Assembly: GCA_041685915.1 (NCBI GenBank)
Contig: JAWLEV010000003.1
Span: 11,206-75,205 of the forward strand
From: Anaerolineae bacterium
GTDB lineage: Bacteria > Chloroflexota > Anaerolineae > UBA1429
DNA length: 64,000 bases
Direction: 5' to 3'
How positions within the stretch are numbered: position 1 is the stretch's first letter; each line of letters opens with the position of its first letter. The position numbers were made by a program, and so were the translations under genes. The notes beneath the pieces were generated by a model. It had not been told where the DNA came from. It saw only the letters and a program-made list of their open reading frames with translations, and ran no database searches. Positions 29,401 to 38,983 of the stretch are shown here, piece after piece.

Positions 29401-29806
29401 TTCGCTTTCCTATCGCTCCCTTTACTATTCTTTTGGCTTTGAGGGCATCAACGATACGTCCGACACGACAAACAGGGCAGACTTTTTGTCAAGATCTCTG
29501 GACTGGTTGCTGGACGAGATCACAGTACAGCTACCGGATATTAGAGGCAATGTAAATGTACCAATACCTGTTACCTGCCATGCGGCTTCTACCCATAGCC
29601 AGATTCGTTCCTACCGGTGGCGTATTGAGGGAAAGGATGGAACAAGAACAACCACTAGCGAGTCTCCCAGCATTAGCTGTACGTGGGATGAGTATGGTAC
29701 TTATACTGTGACAGTGGAAGCAACTGACGTGTTAGGGCATACAGCGGTTGCTCGGGGCAAGGCGAGAATACTGGCTCCTATATATCTTCCCTTGACTCTC
29801 AAGTAG
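26411..29806 (+). CDS. Secreted S8 subtilisin-family serine protease (1131 aa) with a large C-terminal extension
   Basis: Signal peptide, then the catalytic triad contexts IAVLDSGID (Asp), GHGTHMAGIIAG (His) and MSGSSVACAHVAGVAALL (Ser). About 600 aa follow after the catalytic domain. Confidence 0.85.
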   Translation: MRRKRRRSHILDIVAEGWRFAALVALVVPLLLLPVTARAGTPTSLSDGVDKRLIVGLDTPSLLETLKKKDIAPKGMGSDVAMERIQEIQEAQDALATSLAKVSPGAVVDHRYQVTLNGLSIRLSEPVNVAMPKIRQLSDVSYVYEETAYEPSLYASVPFVEADELWPALGGEKQAGKGIKIAVLDSGIDINHPLFDPTSFSYPSGFPKGDERYTSPKVIAARTYFRPNDPPLLGEETPVPGSLGSGHGTHMAGIIAGQPVTATHWEREQELSGVAPAAQLLNYRIFYPSEKTEHEIAYTTEILAAIEDAVTDGADVLCNSWSSVAPRAPFACPETEALEAAMDAGCVVVAPVGNEGPGQGSASRIPGGMERAITVGGLGKDRILARDFVDVTAPSPVPQELVQNPFARALFGPSIDAPIGPLPCKDVRRVDFSGSALACDSLPANSLIDHAVLISRGECPFADKVYHAQAAGAELALIYNEEDRVEKMACGGEHCDPGEITIPSLMVTRSVGEALLSRLEDHPDTTIRIDPYGRVISTTENVVFTTSGRGPAYLRYLKPDLLAPGVSVLSADHMATEGETPYQQMSGSSVACAHVAGVAALLRQMHPQWSHDEIKAALMSTAQFSELYLDDARSEPADILDRGAGLVRAAESAEASLFFSPPAISVSELKPGETLSLSLTLHDARAEGNPRTYTASITQCSGISVTVPAEVTTRPGTDTEVEIAITVEEDCTLGEHGLDVSYVGEKGRGSLPVWLHVTPRLEEASVLLIDNDFSFFGQYTDYAPYVTEALDQTSLSYKVWNADEHFDKPQTIPGVSELQRYDAVIWLTGDNVHPDPYYAVSVPLTKADMHVLAAYLDGGGRLLAMGQNLAQATDINEEDDDPTWGRADFYHGYLGAHWLQQSLFDPEGEGALPPQDSPAVVGLPASFLGDATLHLGPKGDGAGNQTAIDEIAPGGVPDGSDLDLIEPVLMALQAQPVEAGYVGLAKADDPHLDDPVSSLSYRSLYYSFGFEGINDTSDTTNRADFLSRSLDWLLDEITVQLPDIRGNVNVPIPVTCHAASTHSQIRSYRWRIEGKDGTRTTTSESPSISCTWDEYGTYTVTVEATDVLGHTAVARGKARILAPIYLPLTLK

Positions 29807-29840
29807 TTGTGGTGTTCGATGGCGAACAAGAGAATGCAAA

Positions 29841-29871
29841 AAGGCCTGGCTGTTAGCAGCCAGGCCTTTTT
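29841..29871 (+). terminator. Rho-independent terminator after the S8 protease gene
   Basis: AGGCCTGGCTG-ttag-CAGCCAGGCCT followed by TTTTT. Confidence 0.7.
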
Positions 29872-29881
29872 ATCGATCCTT

Positions 29882-30276
29882 GTGGAGATGGCGGGAATCG
29901 AACCCGCGTCCAAAAAGTTCGGCCAGAGACATCTACAGGTTTAGTCGATCCACATCATCTCATAGATCCGTTTTTGCTCGACAAAACCCGTAATCTACCA
30001 GCCGACAGAGTCTTTGGTCAGCGATATCGGCGTCTCCCTGACCGCAGCCCGATTTAGCCGTCGCCCGTTACTTTCCTCTCAGGCTAAGGAAGAGTAAGGA
30101 CGTGACCGGCACTTCTTGGCCGATCAAGCTCGTATTTTAACTGGTGCTACGCAGCTAAAGCGAGCTCTGGAGTATAAGTGTCTTCGGCACTTAAAGTGTT
30201 GCCTCTGATTTACGAGGATGAGGCACCTCGACCTGCAGTCCCTAACCAGCCCTTTCTGTCGAATCCTGTCATCCCC
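29882..30276 (-). ncRNA. ssrA: tmRNA (transfer-messenger RNA)
   Basis: On the minus strand the 5' end is GGGGATGACAGGATTCGACAG and the 3' end is GGACGCGGGTTCGATTCCCGCCATCTCCA. The acceptor stem GGGGATG/CATCTCC carries the G3:U wobble alanine identity pair. The internal tag ORF reads GCC GAA GAC ACT TAT ACT CCA GAG CTC GCT TTA GCT GCG TAG, i.e. AEDTYTPELALAA followed by a stop. smpB lies 1.1 kb away. Confidence 0.85.
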
Positions 30277-30288
30277 ATTGCGAAATAA

Positions 30289-30317
30289 AGTATAACATAT
30301 CTGCCGCTTTATGGCAA
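30289..30317 (-). promoter_or_regulatory. Sigma70-like promoter for ssrA (TTGCCA, 17 nt spacer, TATACT on the minus strand)
   Basis: The reverse complement reads TTGCCA taaagcggcagatatgt TATACT, ending about 12 nt before the tmRNA 5' G. Confidence 0.5.
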
Positions 30318-30482
30318 ACGCGGGTCCTGCGAACACGTAGAGGTGCACAATCTGCCAATAACTGATGCAGTCTTGCTATGGAAAAGTGCCAAGGAAGACC
30401 GCGAACTGGTTTCCCCGCTTTCATGCTTATATCTCTCGAACTATAATCTGATGGATGAATTAGTCGAGGAGGTGTAGCTATC

Positions 30483-31355
30483 ATGCGAGATGTAAGAGTA
30501 GGAATTATAGGAGGTAGCGGCCTGTACGCGATGGAGGGGCTGGCTAACGTGGAAGAGATGACTGTGAACACCCCCTTTGGTCCCCCCAGTGATAATGTCG
30601 TCATGGGTGATCTTGATGGTGTGTCTGCTGCTTTCCTGCCTCGGCATGGTGAGGGACATCGAATTAGTCCCACTGAATTGCCCTCCCGCGCCAACGTTTG
30701 GGCCATGAGGTCGCTGGGGGTAACGCACCTGCTTTCCATCAGCGCTGTGGGCAGCCTACGCGAAGACTTTGCGCCCCGTGATGCTGTTATCCCCGATCAG
30801 ATTCTGGATCGTACCAAAGGCATACGTCCCGCCACCTTCTTTGAGGATGGATTGGTAGCACATATTGCCTTTGCTGAACCCTATTGTCCAGAATTCTGCA
30901 ACATCGTGTACGATGCGGCCGTCGATTTGGGGGTCGCCACGCCTCATAGAGGAGGCACCATGATCGTCATGGAAGGGCCACAGTTTTCGACCAAGGCTGA
31001 ATCCAGCTTTTATCGGCAGATTGGGGGAGACATTATCGGCATGACGGCCTTACCTGAAGCCAAATTGGCTCGAGAGGCCGAGATATGCTACTGTACGCTG
31101 GCCATGATAACCGACTATGATTGCTGGCACGAGTCGGAGGAGGCTGTCACGGTGGATATGGTTGTAGAAAACATGCAGGCCAATGCAAAAGCCAGCAGGG
31201 CAATTCTCAGGACAGTGATCCCCCGTATCGCCGAAGCGGAGCGAGACTGCGAGTGCGCCTCCGCTCTGGAAAATGCCATCATCACCAGCCCAGATGCTAT
31301 ACCAGAAGAGAGAAAACAAACTCTCGATCTGCTCGTCGGAAAGTACTTGGACTGA
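30483..31355 (+). CDS. mtnP: S-methyl-5'-thioadenosine phosphorylase
   Basis: VGIIGGSGLY...GVTHLLSISAVGSL...IIGMTALPEAKLAREAEICY is the MTAP/PNP-family pattern. GAGGAGG RBS upstream. Confidence 0.85.
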   Translation: MRDVRVGIIGGSGLYAMEGLANVEEMTVNTPFGPPSDNVVMGDLDGVSAAFLPRHGEGHRISPTELPSRANVWAMRSLGVTHLLSISAVGSLREDFAPRDAVIPDQILDRTKGIRPATFFEDGLVAHIAFAEPYCPEFCNIVYDAAVDLGVATPHRGGTMIVMEGPQFSTKAESSFYRQIGGDIIGMTALPEAKLAREAEICYCTLAMITDYDCWHESEEAVTVDMVVENMQANAKASRAILRTVIPRIAEAERDCECASALENAIITSPDAIPEERKQTLDLLVGKYLD

Positions 31356-31374
31356 TAGAAAAAGCCAAGGGGAG

Positions 31375-31394
31375 CATAGAGATGCTCCCCTTGG
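31375..31394. terminator. Bidirectional terminator between mtnP (+) and smpB (-)
   Basis: CCAAGGGGAGCAT-agag-ATGCTCCCCTTGG. There is a T-run on the minus-strand side (CTTTTTCT) and a weaker one on the plus side. Confidence 0.65.
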
Positions 31395-31421
31395 TTGTAA
31401 CAGCGCGAATCGCGTGTTTCC

Positions 31422-31904
31422 TCAGTATCTTCCTTCCCGCTCTGCACGCCGGATAGCGCGCTCTATGGCCCGCTCCGTTTCTCGCTCACGGATGGCGCGC
31501 CGCTTGTCGTATGCTCGCTTGCCTTTGGCCAGGCCAATCTCAACCTTTGCTATATCGTTCTTTAGGTAAAGTTTCAGAGGGACGATGGTATATCCCTTAC
31601 GCTCTGCACGTCCGAGCCAGCGGTCGATCTCTCTTCTGTGCATGAGCAGTTTTCTGTCGCGCTTGGGATCGTGATTCTCATAACTGGCCTGATCATATCC
31701 GGCGATATGGCTGCCCACCAACCAGGCTTCTCCATCACGAATCGTGACATAGGCATCGCGTAGGCTCACGCGCCCCGCGCGGACGGATTTTATCTCCGAG
31801 CCCTTTAGTGCGAGGCCGGCTTCCAACGTGTCCTCGATGGAATAGTCGTGAAATGCCTTGCGATTACGAGAGATAACGCGAACCCCTTTTCTCTTTCTAG
31901 CCAT
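31422..31904 (-). CDS. smpB: SsrA-binding protein SmpB
   Basis: ISRNRKAFHDYSIEDTLEAGLALKGSEIKS...KLYLKNDIAKVEIGLAKGKRAYDKR. Confidence 0.9.
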   Translation of the reverse strand: MARKRKGVRVISRNRKAFHDYSIEDTLEAGLALKGSEIKSVRAGRVSLRDAYVTIRDGEAWLVGSHIAGYDQASYENHDPKRDRKLLMHRREIDRWLGRAERKGYTIVPLKLYLKNDIAKVEIGLAKGKRAYDKRRAIRERETERAIERAIRRAEREGRY

Positions 31905-33170
31905 CTATGAGCCTTCCTCCTCCATCAAGTACTCCAAAGCGCGATCGAGTTGGGGGTCTTTTTCTTCGGTGGCGTCCTCTGCGGTCAACGGCACCTGTAT
32001 GTCGGGTGTGATCCCTTCCCCATCCAGATTTTGGCCGTCTGGCAAGTACCATCTGGCCACTGTGACGCGAACACTCGAACCATCCTGTAAGGTATGACTG
32101 TTCTGCACAGAGCCCTTGCCAAAGGTCTGTTCTCCTATCAGGGTACCCCTGCCACTATCGCGAATGCTACCAGCCACGATCTCAGCAGCACTGGCGCTGC
32201 CCTCGTCGATGAGGACGACGAGAGGTATTTCCGTTGCCATTCCTGTCTGCTTTACGCGATATTCTATTTCATCTTTTCCCTGTACTTGTTCCGTGAGTAG
32301 CAGTGTATCCTTGGGTAAGAATTCGCTGGCCACTTCCACTGCCGCATTCAAGTACCCACCAGGATTGGCACGCAGATCGAATACCAATCCTATAGGATCT
32401 TCCCGCAAAAGCTCTTTTAGAGTGTCACGCACGCGTTCTTTGGAGGCGGCGTTGAACTCGGTCAACCGCAGATAGGCGACGTCTTCTATCATGCGCGATT
32501 CGACAGTGGGAAGATCTACCTTTTCTCGCTTCACGCGTACGGTGAACGGTTCCGTTTTCTCCTCCCTTTTGACAAGCAACTCGACCGTGCTCCCTTTGGG
32601 ACCCCGAATCAGATTGACAGCCTCCAGGATGTCCTTGCCTTCTAGGGATTCACCATCCACAGCAAGGATCGTGTCTCCTGCTTGCAAGCCGGCCCTTAAG
32701 GCGGGACTGTTGGGCAGGGGACGAACGATGACAAGTTCCCCATCCACCATCTCGACGGTGGCTCCGATTCCTTCAAAGGACCCCTGCATGTCCTCCTGAC
32801 TGATCTTTGCTTCCAAAGGTTTCATAAAGCGCGTATTACGATCCCCCACAGAGGAAACGAGACCCTCTGCAGCACCCCATATTGCCTCTTGCGCGTCGAG
32901 CGCTTGGGGATCCACGTACTCGCGCTCGAGGATGTCCCAAGCCTCCCAAAGTATTTGCCCCCGTTCTCTGAGAGGTACATCCGTCTCCTGATGTGAATCG
33001 GGTGGCACTACGCTTCTGACAAACTGACGGATCTCGGGGCCAAAGAACCACATGGAGGCCATTCCGCCGCCGAAACCAGCCAACAGGAGGGAAGCAAGGA
33101 TGACGAGAATCAACAGGGCGCGCCAAAAGCCCAGACCGTTCTCTTCTTTATTACCGTTGCCGTTTATCAT
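31905..33170 (-). CDS. ctpA: Carboxy-terminal processing protease (S41) with PDZ domain
   Basis: PDZ domain: GIGATVEMVDGELVIVRPLPNSPALRAGLQAGD. S41 core: LVVLIDEGSASAAEIVAGSI...GEQTFGKGSVQ. The N-terminal TM anchor is present, and the stop abuts the smpB start. Confidence 0.85.
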   Translation of the reverse strand: MINGNGNKEENGLGFWRALLILVILASLLLAGFGGGMASMWFFGPEIRQFVRSVVPPDSHQETDVPLRERGQILWEAWDILEREYVDPQALDAQEAIWGAAEGLVSSVGDRNTRFMKPLEAKISQEDMQGSFEGIGATVEMVDGELVIVRPLPNSPALRAGLQAGDTILAVDGESLEGKDILEAVNLIRGPKGSTVELLVKREEKTEPFTVRVKREKVDLPTVESRMIEDVAYLRLTEFNAASKERVRDTLKELLREDPIGLVFDLRANPGGYLNAAVEVASEFLPKDTLLLTEQVQGKDEIEYRVKQTGMATEIPLVVLIDEGSASAAEIVAGSIRDSGRGTLIGEQTFGKGSVQNSHTLQDGSSVRVTVARWYLPDGQNLDGEGITPDIQVPLTAEDATEEKDPQLDRALEYLMEEEGS

Positions 33171-33289
33171 GATATTATTAATTATCCCATCACTCTTTTA
33201 TTCGATTGACAAAAACTTGAGTATGTCCCCAAAAAATTATAACACGTCTTTCTAAAAATCCCAAGCCTCTGACCGACAAAAACAGATGG

Positions 33290-35554
33290 TTACTCGTATC
33301 GCAGCGCCTCGACAGGACTGAATGTGGTGGCTCGCCATGCCGGATATAATCCCCCAAGAACCCCCATACCTATGCAAAAGGCCATGGATTTGAGGATGAC
33401 GCCAGGAGTCATCACCAACATTTCACTGTATACGCCAAGTGAGGACACACCGTGGAGGATTTTTATAACGACAAAGGAGAGGAGAATGCTGACTCCACCA
33501 CTGGCAACGGTTAGCACCAGCGACTCGCTTAGGATCTGGCGCAACACCATGGTCTTTCGCCAGCCGATGGCGCGCAGGATACCTATCTCGCGCGTTCGCT
33601 CGTAAACGCTCATGATCATGGTATTCATCAGGGCGACAGATCCTACAAAGGCAGCCATCACAAAGATGGCTCCTATACTCTGGTGCATCATCTCCATGTC
33701 AGGCAAGTTCTCGGTGAATTCAGCGCTTTTGGAGAAGAGAAGCTCGGGATATTCTGCGGAGAGCTTTTCCAGCATTGTGTCCGTCTCTTGTGGGTCCCTT
33801 AGTTTGAGTTCCATAATCATGACCTGACGCGGTTTATTGAGTAGACGTTGAGCCTCGCTGAGAGAGATGATGGCTCCATTGTCCTCAATGCCGCTCTTTG
33901 TCTCCACTATTCCCACGACGGTAAAGGAGGTTCCCAGCATGGTGATGCGATCCCCCGGACGCTTTTTCAGTTGTGAGGCTGCCCGCCATCCCAAAAGGCA
34001 TTGGCGTCGCCCCTTTATAAGATGGCCTTCGTTTAGAATATTAGACGTAAAATAAGGGTCATTTCGTGCCCGGGCCGTAATCATCAGGAATGGTGGGCCT
34101 CCAGGTAGGGTCACGGCGCTGACGATCACCCCATTTACATACTTGACCTCAGTGAGGGCCTCCAAACGCCTCAACGTACGTTCCTCGATGACGCTTAGTG
34201 AGGTATCGGGCTGGTCGGCCTCTACGGCAGTTATCTCTGCGTCAGATATCATATTGTTAAAACTCTCGACGGCTCCCTCGCCCAGGCTTCCTATCAGTAT
34301 CATGGCGATGACGCCAATACTGATCCCCAGCACGGTGAGTCCAGTGCGCGTTCTTTGCCGCCAGAGGTTCTTGAGTACCATACCCCCCCACCGAACTCCA
34401 GGGACACGTCGCGAGGGCGGTCCCGCCTCGGCACTGAGGGCTTCCATCGGCATCGATTTGGCCGCCCGCCAGGCTGGATAAAAGCCTCCGATGCCGCCAA
34501 GGATCAGGGCGGTGATAAAGGCTTGAAGTATCAATTCTGGCGGAAGCATACTTTGGGTGAATCCCGTCAAAACCGGCGCGCGCGCCGCGAGCCAGGTCAA
34601 TGTGGCGCCCAACCCTATTCCCATTGCCCCCCCCACGATGGCCAGGAGAAGTGACTCTCCCAATATCATCCGCAGGATATGTCCACGTCGCCAACCAACG
34701 GCTCTGAGAACTCCTATCTCCTGAGTGCGTTCAAAGACGCTCATTAGCATAGTGTTCATCATCCCCACACCTCCTACAATTGCGGCGATGAGGGCTACTC
34801 CCCAGGCGTATACGTCCAATAATTCCAACATATCCAGCATCATGCCGCCCAATTGGGTGCCCGCCACTTCTACATTTGGGGGAAGAATACGCGCTAATCT
34901 GGTCTTGAACTGCTCCGCGTGTTCCGGGTGGTAAAGTTGTAGACCGAGATACATGATCTGTTGGGGCATTCCAGCGAGCGCCTGGGCATCGTCCAACGAG
35001 ACCACACCGCCGGCATCCTCAAGGGCGATTCCCGTTTCATAGATACCCGCGACGCGAAATGCAGTTTTCCCCAGGAACACGGTATCGCCGACCCTTTTGT
35101 TCAAACTGTCCGCTGCTGTTTTGCCCAGAAGTATAGGCTTGCCCCCACGCCGGCTGCGAGGATCCACGTCAGCTAACGAGACTCCTTCGATGACTTTAAA
35201 GTGTCTGATGCCGATCTCGTCCGGCTCGTAACCAAAGACGATGAACATGGGTGACTCTAAAGCCTGTACCATGGTATATAGCATGCCGTAGGCGTTTTTG
35301 ACTTCCGGTAGGACACGCAGGCGATCGATCAGACTCTCGTCGAAACCCGTTCCCAGTGTGATGGCCTGTCCTTCATTTTGAACAGCCTGTATGGTGACGT
35401 CTGCTCCTGTCCGCTGGGTGATTTCCAAATAGTTGGCTACGATACCACGCGATAGCGCTACTAGGGAGACGATGGCGGCGATCCCCACGGCGATGCCGAG
35501 TAAGGTGAGAAGAGTACGCGTCTTTCGCCGCAAGAGATTGCGGATCAGCAGCAT
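33290..35554 (-). CDS. ABC transporter permease, MacB-like with duplicated FtsX domains
   Basis: 754 aa. There are two modules of [TM + large periplasmic domain + 3 TM] with the FtsX-type pattern (MLLIRNLLRRKTRTLLT..., then a second copy VLKNLWRQRTRTGLTVLGI...). Confidence 0.8.
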   Translation of the reverse strand: MLLIRNLLRRKTRTLLTLLGIAVGIAAIVSLVALSRGIVANYLEITQRTGADVTIQAVQNEGQAITLGTGFDESLIDRLRVLPEVKNAYGMLYTMVQALESPMFIVFGYEPDEIGIRHFKVIEGVSLADVDPRSRRGGKPILLGKTAADSLNKRVGDTVFLGKTAFRVAGIYETGIALEDAGGVVSLDDAQALAGMPQQIMYLGLQLYHPEHAEQFKTRLARILPPNVEVAGTQLGGMMLDMLELLDVYAWGVALIAAIVGGVGMMNTMLMSVFERTQEIGVLRAVGWRRGHILRMILGESLLLAIVGGAMGIGLGATLTWLAARAPVLTGFTQSMLPPELILQAFITALILGGIGGFYPAWRAAKSMPMEALSAEAGPPSRRVPGVRWGGMVLKNLWRQRTRTGLTVLGISIGVIAMILIGSLGEGAVESFNNMISDAEITAVEADQPDTSLSVIEERTLRRLEALTEVKYVNGVIVSAVTLPGGPPFLMITARARNDPYFTSNILNEGHLIKGRRQCLLGWRAASQLKKRPGDRITMLGTSFTVVGIVETKSGIEDNGAIISLSEAQRLLNKPRQVMIMELKLRDPQETDTMLEKLSAEYPELLFSKSAEFTENLPDMEMMHQSIGAIFVMAAFVGSVALMNTMIMSVYERTREIGILRAIGWRKTMVLRQILSESLVLTVASGGVSILLSFVVIKILHGVSSLGVYSEMLVMTPGVILKSMAFCIGMGVLGGLYPAWRATTFSPVEALRYE

Positions 35555-35584
35555 CTTGCTACCTCATAAAAGGGGTAAGGGAGA

Positions 35585-36433
35585 TCATGCCAGATCTGCC
35601 AGCAAATCGGCGAGCTGATCTGCTGTACGCGTCAACCGACCGTCACGCACAAAGGGAAAGTCTTTTAATCTTTCAATATCCCTTTGCATAAGCAGTTCTC
35701 CCAACCCTGAATGCGCCAGGTCTCGCAAATCCTCGGTCAGGGCATCGCGAACCATATGTTCGTCAACTATTGTCCCGTCGTGCATGGTCAGAATGCGCTC
35801 GGCTGCCCGTGCCACATAGCGATCGTGTGTTACCAATAACAGCGTTGTACCCCGTTCTTGGTTAAGTCTGACCAGCAGATCCATAAGTTCATTGCTGCTG
35901 GCGCTGTCCAGGTTTCCCGTTGGCTCATCTGCCAGAATCAGGCTCGGTTCATTTACAAGGGCGCGGGCGATAGCCACCCGTTGGCGTTGTCCTCCCGATA
36001 GTTGGTTGGGAAGATGATCTTGTCGTGCTACCAGATCCACGAGTTCGAGTACGGCACGGGCGCGCTCATGGCGCTCTTGTCTGTTCAATCCTTGGCCGCG
36101 AAGGGGCGTTTCAACATTTTCCAGGGCCGTCAGGGTGGGGATAAGATTGTACATTTGGAAGATGAAACCCACTGTCTGGGAACGAAAGTTATCTATATCC
36201 TTTATTGCGGAGAGATCCTGTCCCTCGATGTACACAGTACCTGACGTGGGAGTGTCCAGTGCTCCCATCATGTTCAATAGTGTCGATTTTCCGCTGCCCG
36301 AGGCTCCCATGACCGCCAACATCTCTCCCTCATAAACGTCGAACGTCACGTTGTTCAGGGCCCGTACCTTGATCCCACCGCCATATGTTTTTGCAAGATT
36401 CTCGATATGGACAAGAATTTTTCTATCGTTCAT
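35585..36433 (-). CDS. ABC transporter ATP-binding protein (MacB/LolD-type) with a ~60-aa C-terminal tail
   Basis: Walker A (GASGSGKST), signature ([15 protein letters not shown]) and Walker B ([12 protein letters not shown]). Confidence 0.85.
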   Translation of the reverse strand: MNDRKILVHIENLAKTYGGGIKVRALNNVTFDVYEGEMLAVMGASGSGKSTLLNMMGALDTPTSGTVYIEGQDLSAIKDIDNFRSQTVGFIFQMYNLIPTLTALENVETPLRGQGLNRQERHERARAVLELVDLVARQDHLPNQLSGGQRQRVAIARALVNEPSLILADEPTGNLDSASSNELMDLLVRLNQERGTTLLLVTHDRYVARAAERILTMHDGTIVDEHMVRDALTEDLRDLAHSGLGELLMQRDIERLKDFPFVRDGRLTRTADQLADLLADLA

Positions 36434-36443
36434 GGGTATTCGT

Positions 36444-37769
36444 TCAATCCACCTCGATATCTACAAAGGCTGTCATTCCCCAGCGTAATCGTGGATCCAT
36501 TTCGTCGAGGGCTACAATCACCCGGTAGGTTATACCGCCTGCTGTTGTATCTGCTTTCAGGCCGATTTTCTGGACGGTGCCTGTAAGACGCACATCGGGT
36601 AACGCGTCAAAGGTCAGATCGACCCTCTGGCCCTCATCTACGCGGGCCACGTCGATCTCGTCAAGATCGGTTGTCTCGATATGAAACTGTTCAAGATCTC
36701 CAAGAGACACAACGGGTGTTCCTGCCATGATACTTTCTCCCAAGTCCAAATCGATTTGGGCCACCGTTCCCGCAAACGGTGCGCGAATAACCGTCTCGAC
36801 CAGGGCTGCTTTGGCCTTTTCAACCCCTGCTTCTGCTTGCGCTACCCTCGCCTCGGCTACGCGCAATTGCTCTTCGCGCACTGGGGCCCGCGTAAGGGCC
36901 AGATCGGCACGCGCGCGTTCCAGTTGGCCCTTGGTTATCGCCACTTGCTGCTGTGCCATCCCTTTCTGCGCTCTCGCGGCCTCGACGCCCGCTCGGGCCT
37001 GAGCGACTTGGGCCTCCGCTGCCTCAATGTCTTCTGCCGATGGCCCGGAAGCGAGAATACGATACTGGAGCTCGGTGATGGTTACGGCATTTTCCGCTGC
37101 CATCACCTGTCCCTCGGCTGCCTCATAGCTACCAACCTGATAGCCCGGTTTGTCTTTTCTTCCTCCTATGGCATCCCGCTGGCCCTGATAACCATAGAGT
37201 TGAGCCTTTGCCTGTTCGACTTTCTGCCGTGCGACTTCCAGTTCATCGGCTGTGGGGACGGCTTTCAGATCGCGCAAAGCGGCTTCTGCCTGGGTGAGGG
37301 ATGCTTGGACCGATTCTACGTTGGCCTCGGCCTGTTCCACAGCTATCTCAGCGTGACGTTTGTTCTCCTCAGCTATATGGACTGCCGCCTCCGCCACCTC
37401 GATCTGCTCCACTCTGGGACCGGCTTTGGTCAACGCGAGCTCTCGGCGCGCTGTAGAGAGTGCGGCTTCTGCCTCTGTCAGAGCAGTATCGAGTTGGGAT
37501 GCATCTAGACGGGCGAGAATCTGGTCCTGGGTGACCTCTTCTCCCTGTTCCACTGTCACTTCTGCTACTTTGCCCCCAGTATTGAAGGCCAGTTCTGCCT
37601 TTTGAGCGGGCATCACCTTGCCTGTCGCAGAGACGATGCCGGCGCCGATCGGCGCCGGAGGGGTGGGGGAGGGCTCCGATGGGGATCCGATAGGTGATTG
37701 GCAGGCCAACAGCACAATGGGGCAAAGGCAGAATACCAAGAACATAAGGGAGCTTATTCTATTACGCAT
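36444..37769 (-). CDS. Periplasmic adaptor subunit (HlyD/MacA family), lipoprotein-like N-terminus
   Basis: Lipobox-like LLAC, then a long Ala/Glu/Gln-rich coiled coil flanked by beta-barrel and lipoyl-like segments (ATGKVMPAQKAELAFNTGGKV...VRLTGTVQKIG). Confidence 0.75.
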   Translation of the reverse strand: MRNRISSLMFLVFCLCPIVLLACQSPIGSPSEPSPTPPAPIGAGIVSATGKVMPAQKAELAFNTGGKVAEVTVEQGEEVTQDQILARLDASQLDTALTEAEAALSTARRELALTKAGPRVEQIEVAEAAVHIAEENKRHAEIAVEQAEANVESVQASLTQAEAALRDLKAVPTADELEVARQKVEQAKAQLYGYQGQRDAIGGRKDKPGYQVGSYEAAEGQVMAAENAVTITELQYRILASGPSAEDIEAAEAQVAQARAGVEAARAQKGMAQQQVAITKGQLERARADLALTRAPVREEQLRVAEARVAQAEAGVEKAKAALVETVIRAPFAGTVAQIDLDLGESIMAGTPVVSLGDLEQFHIETTDLDEIDVARVDEGQRVDLTFDALPDVRLTGTVQKIGLKADTTAGGITYRVIVALDEMDPRLRWGMTAFVDIEVD

Positions 37770-37809
37770 ATGACACCATCCATCGGCTCAGGGGAAGACA
37801 GTGATCGCT

Positions 37810-37838
37810 ATTTTAGCATACCACCTAATTTCAAACAA
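37810..37838 (-). promoter_or_regulatory. Sigma70-like promoter for the macA-macB-like operon (TTGTTT, 17 nt spacer, TGcTAAAAT on the minus strand)
   Basis: The reverse complement reads TTGTTT gaaattaggtggtatgc TAAAAT, with an extended -10 TG. Confidence 0.4.
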
Positions 37839-37906
37839 AGCTACGCCAACTCAGCAACTCAAAGAATATGACGACGATGCACGCACTGGTTGACTTTACA
37901 TAATAA

Positions 37907-38983
37907 TTAGCCATTGCTTGCCTCGCTGGGATCGAGGCCATAGGTCTCCACCATGTCTGCCAGTCTTTCCTCATCCGTCTCCCATGCATAAACTGTGCGG
38001 GTGGTGTCAGGATGCTCATGTCCGAGTAGGGCGGCAACCCATTCCAGTGGCATGCCCTGATCCAGGAGATCCTGCGCGCGTCGGTGGCGCAAGGAATGTG
38101 GAGAGGTATTCTCATAGAGTCCTTCGGCCCGTGCGGCCTTTTTTATCAAAAGCCATGCGTGGCTTGGGGTGATGGCTGTGCCTTTATCACGGCCGTGGGA
38201 CACGAATAGGGGAGCATAGACGCTGTCCTTTCGCTCGCGCACATATTCCTGCAATAACTGTCGGGTTTCTTCTGACAGGAATACGGTACGGGGTTTGCCA
38301 TTCTTTGTCTCTGTCAAGCGTACTTTGTCGGCGCGTCCATCCAGTACGTCTTCTCGTGTAAGGGCCAGAGCCTCGCTGACGCGAGCTCCGGTGTCATAGA
38401 GGAAAGCCACAAAAGCCCGATTACGCAAAAGGACGAGGCGAGGCATTCCTCGTCTCTTGGGGAGGGGCTTGTTCATATAATGTGTCAATATCTTCATGAC
38501 GTCGGGATCGACCTTTCGTTGCTTATAGCCCTGGCGCTTTCTTCCGCGGGTGCCTTTTATGCGACGCAGCATGCGATCGTAAGATACGCCTTCGGGCAAG
38601 AGCTCATGTAAATCAAGCCAGTTTATGAGATGCTTGGTGGCTACCAGATAGGTACGACCGGTACGGCTTCCACGGACGCTTTGCTTCCCCTTGGCCTCTG
38701 CACGGGGATCGGGATAGGCCTCATGGAGCCAGCGGTTGAATGCAGATAGCGTTTCCTCATTTATGCGCTCGAGAGGGTAGGGATCGAGCGCTTCCGCGGC
38801 TTCGTCATCGCCCTCGGAGAGATGAAGAAAACGGATAAAGGCTTTTACGCCATAGAAATATGTCTGCCTGGTAAGCGGACTAAGTTCGAGGTCTTCCAGC
38901 ATGGCGTCGGCGGCTTGATTCACCGTTGTGATGGAAGAGGGAGATATATTTTCATCAGTAGGGTGGTGAGCCAAAGATTCCAT
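37907..38983 (-). mobile_element. Tyrosine-type site-specific recombinase/integrase gene (phage-integrase family, 358 aa)
   Basis: C-terminal catalytic domain: ...YDTGARVSEALALTREDV...HSLRHRRAQDLL...LLGHEHPDTTRTVY (R...HxxR...Y). The N-terminal SAM-like domain is present. It is adjacent to a 730-bp AT-rich non-coding stretch. Confidence 0.8.

Noticed and set aside
30290-30482. Possible SAM or other riboswitch in the mtnP leader
   Set aside because: No match to the conserved SAM-I/SAM-II core sequences could be seen. The region is better explained by divergent ssrA and mtnP promoters.
36681-37508. 275-aa plus-strand ORF
   Set aside because: It is antisense to the HlyD-family adaptor gene. 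Its Cys/Leu/Phe-rich translation comes from the complement of Ala/Glu/Gln coiled-coil codons.
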